The position numbers and the translations under genes were made by a program. From Mustelus asterias (Eukaryota): a stretch of 64,000 nucleotides of DNA. The notes under the pieces are model-generated. The model was not told the origin of the DNA, did no database searches, and saw only the letters and a list, made by a program, of their open reading frames with translations. The stretch covers positions 84,940,001 to 85,004,000 of the forward strand of contig NC_135812.1 in assembly GCF_964213995.1 (NCBI RefSeq), in the 5' to 3' direction. Below, piece by piece: positions 1-11,214 of this stretch (within the stretch, counting starts at the first letter, position 1; each line of letters begins with the position of its first letter).

Positions 1-73
1 TGTTCTAAGACTTGTACAAACACATTTTTGAACACCACTCTATGAAAGGTGATCACGAATGTCAAAACACTGG

Positions 74-400
74 TGGCACAGTGACGTAGTGGTTAGCACT
101 GCTGCCTCACAGCACCAGGGGCCCGGGTTCAGTTCTAGCCTTGGGTGATTGTCTGTGTACAGTTTGCACATTCTCCCTGCATGGGTTTCCTCCGGGTGCT
201 ATGGTTTCTTCCCACAGTCCAAAGATGTGTAAGTTAGGTGGATTGCCATGCTAAATTGCCCCTCAGTGTCCCAAGATGTGTACGTTAGGGGGATTAGTGT
301 GGTTACAGAGATAAGGCCTGGGTAAGATACTCTGTCAAAGATTTGGTGCAGCCTTGATGGGCCAACTGGCCTCCTTCTGCACTGTCGAGATTCTATGTTT
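74..400 (+). mobile_element. HE1-like V-SINE
   Basis: tRNA-like head, V-core gggtttcctccgggtgct..tcccacagtccaaagatgtg, CR1-type tail. Confidence 0.8.
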
Positions 401-891
401 CCACGGTCTATCAAAGATTGAGGCAAAATGTAGTATGCCAAGTGCTACCAAAATGGTGATATACTAATTCAGCACATTGAACCTCACCCATTTTAGCCTC
501 TGTAATGTAATAGTGCACTGGGCAATGCCTTTGGGGAATGAACAGAAACATTTAAATGCAGTGAATTACATCTTACCAAACAAACATGCTTTAATCTGAG
601 GATGCTTGTCTCACTGAGGTGGCCTCTTGACTCATTGACTTTCTTCAGCTTTAATTGAATTATTTATCATAGTAAAGTGAAGAAATGATCAGAAGAAGCA
701 CGTTGAATAGCACTCTACACATCTTAATTACTTGTGGATGGTACTCAAGATTACACAGCTCAACAACAATGCAACCTCGCAGTGAAAATATTGTCCCTGC
801 TTACATTACTACAAAAATTCATAGGATTTAGAACACACCCAATTTGTCCAAGTCACTATTCTTTTGCTCCACCCAAGCTTCCTCCCATCCC

Positions 892-1075
892 AATAAAAGC
901 AAATTACTGCGGATGCTGGAATCTGAAACCAAAAGAGAAAATGCTGGAAAATCTCAGCAAGTCTGGCAGCATCTGTAAGGAGAAAAAAGAGCTGATGTTT
1001 CGAGTTAGCTCTTTTTTCTCCTTACAGATGCTGCCAGATCAGGTGAGATTTTCCAGCATTTTCTCTTTTGGTTCC
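892..1075. repeat. Palindromic interspersed repeat (second pseudo-LTR or MITE-like family)
   Basis: aaccaaaagagaaaatgctggaaaatctca...tctggcagcatctgtaaggagaaaaaagagct is inverted against the right arm; related halves at about 2560, 49765, 51045, 53190 and 54490. Confidence 0.65.
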
Positions 1076-1431
1076 TCCCATCCCAAACCTCTCTCAGCTT
1101 ACACTTCGATTCTTTTCCATCTCCTGTACTTACCTAGCTGTTCCTTAATTCTTTCTAGATTATTTGTCTCAGCTACAAGTTCTACACTTGAACCAGAGTG
1201 GATTAAGAAGTTTCTCCTGAAATTGGCTATTGGATTTGTTGGTGGCTATCCAATATTCATAGCCCCTAATTATGGACTCCTCCACAAGCTGCAACATGAT
1301 CTCTACATCTATTGTCGATGTATGCTGCATCCTGCATTGTATTGCAAGGGAAGAATTCATCCCCACCGTAACAATTTGTTTTCCTTTTCTTCTCTTCAAG
1401 AATAGTTGGCTATTCCAATATCGATGGTAGT

Positions 1432-1853
1432 CATGATGTGGAGATGCCGGCGTTGGACTGGGGTAAACACAGTAAGAAGTTTAACAACACAGGTTAAAGT
1501 CCAACAGGTTTATTTGGTAGCAAAAGGGTTCATATCACACTATCTGTAATCCCCACAGCTTGCCTGGACTTGCAGAATTTCACTGGCTGTCCTGTCTGGA
1601 GACAACACACATCTCTTTAACCTGTCTTAATGCTCTCTCCACTCACATTGTTTGTACCTTTAAGACTTGATTAGCTGTAAGTATTCGCATTCCAACCATT
1701 ATTCTGTAAATTGAGTTTGTGTCTTTATATGCCCTGTTTGTGAACAGAATTCCCATTCACCTGAAGAAGGAGCTTAAGGCTCCGAAAGCTAGTGGCTTTT
1801 GCTACCAAATAAACCTGTTGGACTTTAACCTGTGTTGTTAAACTTCTTACTGT
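1432..1853. mobile_element. Penelope-like pseudo-LTR with inverted terminal segment
   Basis: The arm cagtaagaagtttaacaacacaggttaaagtccaacaggtttatttggtagc is inverted relative to the right end; the body matches the 3' end of 53238-54488. Confidence 0.8.
1758..1794 (+). ncRNA. Minimal type I hammerhead ribozyme motif
   Basis: CAC-CTGAAGA-A-GGAGC(ttaag)GCTCC-GAAA-GC-TA-GTG. Confidence 0.65.
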
Positions 1854-4324
1854 ATTCCAATATCCACAGGGCATGCGAGAGAGCTACGTCTTTGTGCCAT
1901 TTCTGCCTCCATAGCATTGCCAAAATGATTAATATTAAATAGTGAGCCCATCTGTGATTAATGAAAATTCAACAGTATGGTCATCAAAATTGGGTTTTTA
2001 TTGGTCCCCGCCCAATATGCACAACCACATATGTGTACTTCCAACAGGGTTAATGGGTAACATCAGAAATAGAAAGCATGGCTCTCCCCAGGGCCAGGGA
2101 AGGCTAAGTCCAACTCTTGCACAGTCAGAGTGTCTGAGACAGATGTACATCTTCCTGCCCACTAGATCCACTGGCAGAAGCTGGCAATGTTGTATTTTCT
2201 TTTTCCAGAATGACATGTTGAAATCAAACTGTTTTTAACCCAGTTTTACACATTTGAACAAACAGTATTCTTGACATCATTTGTTACAAACAATAATTTG
2301 TATTTAAATCAATTCATTTCTTCTTTAGATACAAAAAAACACATTTACTATTTCAATTGTTATGGTTCTGCCTATCAATTGAACTGAGTCTCTCTTTGTA
2401 CACAAATTGTCCATGTTATTTACCCTTGGCCAATCATGTTTATTTTTGCCAAGCAAATGTACTGACCTTTAACATATCCTGTTGACCACTTCTTTAGTCG
2501 TGGATATAAAACAATATAATTATCTGTACATACAATGAGGCACCCTTGTTATGTCTCATCGGAAATGTGAAACAGTGATTGCGAGGAATACACAACAGGC
2601 CAGTCAGCATCTGTAGAGAGAACAGACAAGCCAATGTTTGAGGTGCAGAGTTCTGGCTTTGTATTATGATTTACAGTGCCGTGTTAGCTTCATTGTATAT
2701 TTTACAGTTTCACATTCACTTTGATGTGTAATAGTCAAGCTAATTATTTTATTTCCTTCAATTTAATGTTGGACTTCTAAATCATAACCAGATATAGCCT
2801 TCATGACCTAATGTCTTTGTTTAAAGTTCAATTCCAGAAAGCCAATTTTCTTTTAATTTATCCTTATACTTTGTAGTGATAATTTATTGATTTTGCCACC
2901 AGTCAAGTCTCTTTAGCAATCTGACCATTGGATTGTTTTATAATGTAACAGATTTACATTGTGATGCTGTGATCTGTATCTATTGTAAGTGGAGTACAAG
3001 GAGAATTGCTTAATTTGAAAAAGATTGGCAAGATTCCAAGCTCAATACAAAGTGCTAGGGTGTAAGTCTATTAGTTCAAGGCAATGAAAAATGATCACTT
3101 TATAAATGTAAGTTTTCAATAGGGTTCTTGCCATACGCAAGTCAGATTTCATGGGGGAAAGACTCATTCACACAGTACCACTTTAATTGACGCTATGTAG
3201 ACTTACAGCAACTCCCCAGGGGAAGACAGCGCCATGGGCCACCAACTGCACAGCCTGCCTGAGTTTCCATACTGGTATCATTGTAGAACACTGCTCGGGG
3301 CACAGTCTGTTCCCAGGGAATCAATGCAAACATAAGAAATTGAAGACCATTCTGTCCCTGGAGTCTGCTTTTAACCATTTAATATGATCATGACTAAGCT
3401 CAATGTCAGAAACCTGGGCCATACCTGCACACATAGCCGGGAAATGTTATACTGATTAATACCTGCCCTAACTCAGTGATTAGCCAATGTAACTCAACCG
3501 AGCACCACAACCAACACCCCACGGTCACTAACCCTAACCTGACTCCCCCTGACCCAACTATCATCCCAACCGGGTCCAACTACTGCTGACCCAACAACGT
3601 TCCTGACCCAACCTGACTAGCCCCTTTTCCACTCACCTGACTACTCACTCATTCACCCATTCATTCTCTCACTGATCCACTGAAGGACTTCAGACCCTTT
3701 AAAACTTACCTGAATGTGGCAGGTAATGTCATGAAAAAGAGGCATGCCCTCTCTTCATTCAATTTTTCTTTTGCTTGTTGATTTAGATCTGGGCTCTAAT
3801 GATTTTCCAACTGCCCAATTACCATGGACTGGATTTTACAGATGCTGACATCCCTGCGCCCCTAGCTAAAAAGTCGGAGTGGCTGGGGCATCTGCCCATG
3901 ATCCCAACAGCTATCCCTTTGAGCAGCACCAATTGCTTTAAGCCGAGTCTTCACCACTTTCTCGGGAGGAAGTCCCACTTTGGAGAGTTGCCAGCCAATT
4001 GGATGGAAAGTAGCTCAGCAGCTCCCAGCAGCTGGGAACGATAGGCAAGATTGGGTCTACTGGCAGTCCCACCACGCTGAGGAGCCCAGGTAAGTCCGAA
4101 GTTGGAGGCCAGATTCAATGGCTATTAACTGACAACTTAAAGACTTCAAACCCACTGGCATGGGAGCGTAAAGTCCAGCCCCATGTCTCTAATAATAAAT
4201 TGCAATATTTTGCCTACTACTGATGTTAGGCTAACTGGCCTACGTTTCTTCATTTTCTCTTTTCCTCCATTGTTAAAAGCAGTAACGCATTTGGTACCTT
4301 CCAATCCTTTGGAAGAGAATGCGT

Positions 4325-5255
4325 TAGGTGATAATTTAGGAGGCATGGTTAATAAGTTTGCAGATGACACCAAGATTGGTGGCATAGTGGACAGTGAAGA
4401 AGGTTATCTAGCATTGCAACGGGACTTTGATTAATTGGGCCAGTGGGCTGATGAATGGCAGATGGAGTTTAATTTAATTAAATGCGAGGTAATGCATTTT
4501 GGTAGATCGAATTAACACAGGACTTACTCAGTTAATGGTAGGGCATTGGGGAGAGTTACAGAACTAAGATTTCTGGGGCTACAGGTTCATAGCTCTTTGA
4601 AAGTGGAGTCACAGGTGGACAGAGTGGTGAAGAAGGCATTCGGCATGCTTGGTTTCATTGGTCAGAACATTGAATATAGGAGTTGGGATGTCTTGTTGAA
4701 GTTGTACAAAACATTGGTAAGGCCACACTTGGAACACTGTGTACAGTTCTGATCACCCTATTATAGAAAGGATATTATTAAGCTAGAAAGAATGCAGAAA
4801 AGATTTACTGTGATGCTACGGGACTTGATGGTTTGAGTTATAAGGAGAGGCTGGGTAGACTGGGACTTTTTTCCCTGGAGTGTACGAGGCTTAGGGGTGA
4901 TCTTATAGAGGTCTATAAAATAATGAGGGGCATTGATAAAGTAGATAGTCAACATATTTCCCCAAAGGTAGGGGAGTCTAAAACTGGAGGGCATAGATTT
5001 AAGGTGAGGGGGGAGAGATACAAAAGGGTCCAGAGGGGCATTTTTTTCATACAGAGGGTGGTGAGTGTCTGGAACGAGCTGCCAGAAGTAGTAGTAGAGG
5101 TGGATACAATTTTGTCTTTTAAAAGGCATTTAGACAGTTACATGGGTAAGATGGGTAGAGAGGGATAATGGGCCAAACACAGGCAATTGGGACTAGCTTA
5201 ATGGTAAAAACTGGGCGGCATGGACAAGTTGGGCCGAAGGCCCTGTTTCCTTGCT
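4325..5255 (+). mobile_element. CR1/HER1-like LINE 3' fragment
   Basis: KFADDTKIGG...RPHLEHCVQF...RGDLIEVYKIM...QRVVSVWNELP. Confidence 0.9.
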
Positions 5256-5258
5256 GTA

Positions 5259-5610
5259 GGGCGACACGGTAGCACAGTGGTTAGCACTGCTGCTTCACAG
5301 CTCCAGGGACCTGGGTTCGATTCCCGGCTTGGGTCACTGTCTGTGTGGAGTTTGCACATTCTCCTCGAGTCTGCGTGGGTTTCCTCCGGGTGCTCCGGTT
5401 TCCTCCCACAGTCCAAAGATGTGCGGGTTAGGTTGATTGGCCATGCTAAAAAATTGCCCTTAGTGTCCTGAGATGCGTAGGTTAAAGGGATTAGTGGGTA
5501 AAATATATGGGGGTAGGGCCTGGGTGGGATTGTGGTCGGTGCAGACTCGATGGGCCGAATGGCCTCTTTCTGTGCTGTAGGGTTTCTATGATTCTATGAC
5601 CTCTATGATT
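5259..5610 (+). mobile_element. HE1-like V-SINE, young subfamily
   Basis: Near-identical to 46078, 48411 and 38067. Confidence 0.88.
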
Positions 5611-6242
5611 CTTTGGATGAGATTTTACGACCTCACTCGGGCGAGACCACAAATTCCCACCTGGCGTCAATGGAAATTTCCGTTGTCGGCCCCTCGCCCG
5701 CTCCGATTCCGTGACGGGCAAGGTGGTAGAGTTCTAGCCAATGACTCTTAGTGTTCTGGAATCTAAGTAATTCCGAAAGATCCAAACCAATGCATTCACT
5801 ATCTCTGCAGTTACCTCTTTTAAAACCCAATGATGCAGGCCGGCAGGCCCAGGGGAATTCTTCTGCCATTTTGTTCCATAAATTTTTCCAATACTATTTC
5901 TTTACATATACTGTTTTCTACAAGTTTCTTTAATTCTGCGATATTTAAATTCCGACCCTGTCATGTCTACAGCCATTTTCTGTTGCTTGTTTTCTCACCT
6001 CTAATTATTGCCTCCAATTCCCTTATTTTGGTGCTTATGCTAAGTTCATTGCAGTTTAATATGCTCCTGTTTTTCATTACTCTTCCTCAACAGATATTGT
6101 ATTATTGCTTTCTGTTTGGTGAGAATTTGTGTTCTCTTTATCTCTTTTTGTACTTTGACCTTATTCCTCAACCATTTTTCTTATCTTCACGTCACTAATG
6201 CTACTGTCCAAACCCTACTCTTTTTTTCTAATTTCAAGCCCT

Positions 6243-6580
6243 GGAGATATTATCGCTAGATTATTAATCCAGAAACTCAGCTAATGTTCTGTGGATCCGG
6301 GTTTGAATCCCGTCACGGCAGACGGTGGAATTTGAATTCATTAAAAAATATCTGGAATTAAGAATCTACTGATGACCATGAAATATTGTCGATTGACGGA
6401 AAAACCCATCTGGTTCATTAATGTCCTTTAGGGAAGGAAATCTGCCGTCCTTACCTGGTCTGGCCTACATGTGACTCCAGAGCCACAGCAATGTGGTTGA
6501 CTCTCAACTGCCCTCGGGCAACTAGGGATGGGCAATAAGTGCTGGCCCAGCCAGCGACACCCATGTCCTATAAAAAAAAT
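6243..6580 (+). mobile_element. tRNA-derived SINE family 2
   Basis: B box ggtttgaatcc; body ctggaattaagaatctactgatgacc...; tail shared with LINE 37430-39480. Other copies at 12172-12520, 24783-25162, 35230-35575, 59975-61215 and 63945-64000. Confidence 0.82.
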
Positions 6581-6683
6581 TCTTTAAAGTGTTTTTGATG
6601 TCCTTTTTATCCCTTCTGTTACGAACTTGCTCCCCCCGAGCCTGGTTCAGCACCCCCACCCCGCATTACAACTCCATCACCAT

Positions 6684-7015
6684 GGGCAGCACGGTGGCAC
6701 AGTGGTTAGCACTGCTGCCTCACAGCGCCAGGGATCCGGGTTCAATTCTGGCCTCAGATGATGGTCTGTGTGGAGTTTGCATAATCTCTCTGTGTCTGTG
6801 TGGGTTTCCTCCGGGTGCTCTGGTTTCCTCCCACAGTCCAAAGATGTGCGGGTTACGTTGATTGGCCGTGCTAAATTGCCCCTTAGTGTCAAGGGGACTA
6901 ACAGGGTAAATATGTGGAGTTACGGGGATAGGGCCTGGCTGGGATAGTTGTCCGTGCAGGCTTGATGGGCCAAATGGTCTCCTTCTGCAATGTGGTTATT
7001 CTATGATTCTATGAT
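6684..7015 (+). mobile_element. HE1-like V-SINE
   Basis: Head, core and (attctatg)n tail. Confidence 0.85.
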
Positions 7016-7099
7016 GTCTGCAGCTCATGTACTCCCTGCCTTTAGCAGTTGATCAATCAGGGGCACTCTATCTGATGATCTGCTGCATCCAGTTATACT

Positions 7100-7200
7100 C
7101 AGTAAGAAGTTTAACAACACCAGGTTAAAGTCCAACAGGTCCAACAGGTGTTGTTAAACTTCTTACTGTGTTTACCCCAGTCCAACGCCGGCATCTCCAC
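7100..7200. mobile_element. Minimal inverted Penelope pseudo-LTR remnant
   Basis: Same arms as 1432-1853; flanked by the direct repeat catccagttatact. Confidence 0.7.
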
Positions 7201-8449
7201 ATCCAGTTATACTAACAGCCTGGTACAGCCATGCTCCCTCACAGTCTACAAGCCAATGTTCTCATATTTCCTGCTGCGTGATACAAACTCCTTTGAAGAC
7301 GCCAGCAGCCAAAATAGGAAAACTAAAGGAACCAGGAATAGTTTAATTTATTCTCCCCCACTTTACACGCACAAACAGCGCTAGATAGTAATATTTTTGC
7401 ACTGTAATTAGGTAGAAATACAAGCCAAATCTAAACTTACTTCAGTTTCACATTTGGAAGACAGTCGCCTGATACCAAAAGCACAATTGTAGCGCCACCA
7501 AGTATTTTCGTGTGATCACTCCATCCCACTGTGAAGCCAAACAGTAATCTGCTGCAGGCATCAGCTATTTATTTATGCAACCAACTCAGAGCACAATCAG
7601 ACAGACAGTTTAAAGTGCACGGGAAGCAGCGACTGAAGATTAGATCTTCTGGGAGGTAGTGGTGAGGTTGAATGAGATGATAAACAATTGCAAACAACAG
7701 AATCAACAGTGAACCAACACAGTGCAAAGGGGAGTGCCATGCCTTTTGGAACACCCTGCTGCAGTGATCAGAGGTGTTAGCCAAATGTCTGTGCTTTTAC
7801 TTGTTTGTGACTTTCGCTCCAGCAACAGCAGCTGCTGCTGGAGAGAACAGTGACATCATTCAGAAGGAGGGTGTATGCTGATTTCCCACAAGATGTCCAA
7901 CGCTGGAAAGAATCTCAAAACATCAGCAATAGCTCGAGATGCTTGAAACCAGTCCAAAGCTGGGAAATCAAACAGACTAGACTCGGAGAAAATGGCTGAT
8001 AATGCCGTGGTTCTCCGTGGACGGCAAGAAGAGTTCGTCAATCAGAATAGAGAGTCTGAGTCTTGATCTTCCAGGCAGCAAGGCTTTATTCGCTAATACA
8101 AGTCAACAAAGCCGGGATTTCCGGATGAATCCAAAGAATCAGCGCGCTTACAGTCATTTTTATACACTTTTTAGCCTCATACCTCATCATTCTTATCTCA
8201 CAGTCAAGGCTATTTTTGCAGACCCCAAGGCCACTTTTCGTTAGCCACCATGGTTTACTAGACCTACGTTATCTGCCTTCTTTCTGATTGGTCACCAATG
8301 AATATGCTATGATATCATTGTGGTTCCATCTTGCCTTCCTATCTGAAGTTTATTATCTAATCAGCCAAGGTTGTTGTTTGTTCAACCATTGTGGGGCATC
8401 CTGCTATGCCAAGACTTTTTTAAAAGATGTGTGTTTCTTAGGTTTTAAG

Positions 8450-8800
8450 AAATTACTTTCAGCTTCTCGGCCTTTTGGCTAAGATCAAGTGTAGTATGGT
8501 CGGCAGCCCATGGTCGGCCGCACTTGGTTGAGGTCATTGGGTTACACTGAAGCTTCATATGTTTCATATGAAGCAATTTTTTAAAGCAGCATCTCGGCCT
8601 TTTGGCTAAGATGCAAATGAGCTCAAGTCTTGGAGGAGGAACCTCCCCCTTCTCCAATCAGCTTGGCTCATGTAGATCAGGCCCAGGACAGGGTGGTTTG
8701 GTCGCTCGCCCTGTCTTGTCAGCCTGGATCGGAAATGTCTCAACTTGTTGAGACTCTGAATTGGATTTGATTTGATTGAATTGGAAAAGTATTTTTAAAA
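8450..8800 (+). mobile_element. U2-headed structured insertion (candidate U2-derived SINE or non-autonomous retroelement)
   Basis: Two U2 stem-I copies (8462, 8592), several hairpins and a GATTT-like repetitive 3' tail; interrupts a solo LTR. Confidence 0.6.
8462..8497 (+). ncRNA. U2 snRNA 5' fragment (about nt 4-39, stem I and branch-point recognition sequence GTAGTA); not a full U2 gene
   Basis: GCTTCTCGGCCTTTTGGCTAAGATCAAGTGTAGTAT matches the vertebrate U2 5' end as I recall it, then diverges. No Sm site or 3' domain. Confidence 0.9.
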
Positions 8801-9029
8801 ATTTATCTCTTACTTGTCCTAATAATTATTCCTTCCAATATATGTTATCTTAATGATTATTCCTTACAATAACAACAGACCTCTTAGTCCAAATTGAGAT
8901 AACTTAACCACATCCACGAGATTCAAGTTTTCTATACTGGGTACATCATTGGAGCATAGGATCCCTACAGTACCGAAGGAAGCCATTTGGCCCATTTAGT
9001 CTGCACTGACTCTCTGACAGAGCATCTTA

Positions 9030-9948
9030 AGACCATAAGATATAGGAGCAGAATTAGGCCATTCGGATCATCGAGTCTACTCCGCCATTCAATCATGGCT
9101 GATATGAATATCATTCCCATTCTCCTGCCTTTTCCCCGTAACCCTTGATCCCCTTATTGATCAAGAATCTATCTATTTCTGTCTTAAAGACACTCAATGA
9201 CCTGGCCTCCACTGCCCTCTGTAGCAATGAGTTCCACAGATTCACCACCCTCTGGCTGAAGGAATTCCTCCTCATCTCAGTTTTAAAGGAGCGTCCCTTC
9301 ACTCTGAGGTTGTGCCCTCAAGTTCTAGTCTATTCCACTAGTGGAAACATCCTCTCCATGTCCACTCTATCTCGGCCTCTCAGTATTCTGTAAGTTTCAA
9401 TTAGATCCCCCCTCATCTTTCTAAACTCCATCGAGTATAGACCCAGACTCCTCAACCGCTCCTCATATGACAAACCCTTCATTCCTGGGATCATTCTGGT
9501 GAACCTCCTCTGGACCCCTTCCGAGGCCAGCACATCATTCCTTAAGTATGAGGCCCAAAACTGCTCACAATATTCCAAATGGGGTCTGACCAGAGCCTTC
9601 TACAGCCTCAGCAGGACATCCCTGCTCTCGTATTCTAGCCCTCTGAAATGAATGCTAGCATTGAATTTGCCTTCTTAACTGCCAACTGAACCTGCGTGTT
9701 AACCTTAAGAGAGTCCTGAACCAGGACTCCCTAGTCCCTTTGTGCTTCAGATTTCTGAAGCCTTTCCCCATTTAGAAAATCGTCTACACCTCTATTCTTC
9801 CTCCCAAAGTGCATAACCTCACACTTTCCCACATTGTACGCCATGTGCCACTTATTTGCCCACTCTCCTAGCCTGTCCAAGTCATTCTGCAGCCTGTCCA
9901 CTTCCTCAACACTACCTGTCCCTCCACATATCTTTGTATCATCCGCAA
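9030..9948 (-). mobile_element. CR1 LINE 3' fragment inserted in a V-SINE
   Basis: EYCEQFW..QRRFTRMIPG..RGDLIETY; TSD ATCTTA; the host SINE is split into 8957-9029 and 9949-10225. Confidence 0.88.
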
Positions 9949-10806
9949 ATCTTACCCAAGCCCTATTCCCATAACCCCAAGTATTTACCCTGCTAATCCC
10001 CCTAACCTACACATCTTGGGATGCTAAGGGGCAACTTAGCATGGCCAATCCACCTAACCTGCCCATCTTTGGAGTGTGCAAGGAAACCGGAGCACCCGGA
10101 GGAAACACACACAGACTCGGGGAGAATGTGCAAATTCCACACAGTCAGTCACCCAAGGCTGGAATTGAACCCGGCTCCCTGGTGCTGTGAGGCAGCAGTG
10201 CTAACCACTGTGGCACCGTGCTGCCTTTGTTAGCACATTGTAAAAAATACATGTAACCCCCTGCTGACAACTATATGCTCTGACCAGCTGAGTTAAGTAA
10301 AGCTGTACCTGGGATGTGCTTGATGTTATAAGGGGCTACTATGTAAATGTTCAATTAACAGGATCCTGAGTTCTTAGCGGTTGGTGTTGAGCTAGGCTAA
10401 ATTTCCTATTTACCAATAAATGTCAGTTCAGGCGTGAATGAAAAGGATTAGTGTATGCAGTTGCAATCTAGAGTAATAACCTATTAATAATAGTGCGGTG
10501 CCTCCTAAAATGGTAAGTATGTAAACCTTATAATAAGAAAAGATTCAGGACAACCATACAAAAGGAATAACAAAAATAAATTAATTTTCTTGCATTGTTG
10601 CGTCTCATAAAACAGGTAAAGAGTCCCAAACTAAAGATTTTTCATTTAAACAGTTTCAACCTTGAGAAATGTTCAAAATATTACCAAGTGCTTGGATTTA
10701 TAAATGTTGGGGCCCATACGTTGGTGCACATATGAAGAAAACACGCCCTGAACAACACACTGCTGATGCTGTTCAGTGTCTGATAGTATAGTCTCCAGAT
10801 ACTTAC

Positions 10807-10953
10807 GCAACCACAACACACACAGTCCAGAAGGGTCTGCGAGCGGGAAGATGATGCAGCAGGAAAAATAAATGCAGCAAGCTGTCCGTGTAGTGACGTA
10901 GGTCCAGTGCGCTGAAGTCTGTCCTCCTCGACAGTGCTGCCTTTCACTTCAAA
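10807..10953 (-). other. Candidate internal exon (147 nt) of the unidentified minus-strand gene
   Basis: Acceptor cgttttttccag and donor TGC|GTAAGT. Open only in phase 0 (FEVKGSTVEEDRLQR...DCVCCGC). Product not recognised and may be 5' UTR. Confidence 0.45.
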
Positions 10954-11140
10954 CTGGAAAAAACGAGTTACTAAACTGCGACAAACACGAGCTTTAACTG
11001 CACAGTAATATTTGTGCCCATACTGTGAAGTATGTTAGTCTACAAATATTACTTGCCTCGACGTTAAAACTGGGTTTTTACCGCATGGAAACAGCTCCTC
11101 TTCCCCACGTGTGTCTCCCCACTGCAGCTTCCTCTGCCTC

Positions 11141-11214
11141 CCGCCATTTTTCTTTTTCCCTCCCCCTAAGTAATCTGATTGGCTTAAAGTGCAGCTCTCT
11201 AGAAAACGGATTGG
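11141..11214 (-). promoter_or_regulatory. Promoter of an unidentified minus-strand gene: two CCAAT boxes 32 bp apart and a YY1-type AAAATGGCGG
   Basis: ATTGG at 11178 and 11210 (AGCCAAT on the minus strand); CCGCCATTTT at 11141-11150; locally CpG-richer non-repeat sequence. Confidence 0.55.

Larger units (their letters stand above)
8003..8868 (-). mobile_element. Solo LTR hosting the U2-headed insert
   Basis: TG...CA ends with 4-bp TSD ATAA (7999-8002 and 8869-8872); minus-strand CCAAT, TATA and AATAAA in LTR order. Confidence 0.65.

Noticed and set aside
734-1405. 223-aa ORF
   Set aside because: Runs through a palindromic repeat and an antisense decayed CR1 3' end; no recognisable domain.
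8462-8497. Functional U2 snRNA gene
   Set aside because: Only the 5' ~39 nt are present; no Sm site or 3' stems.
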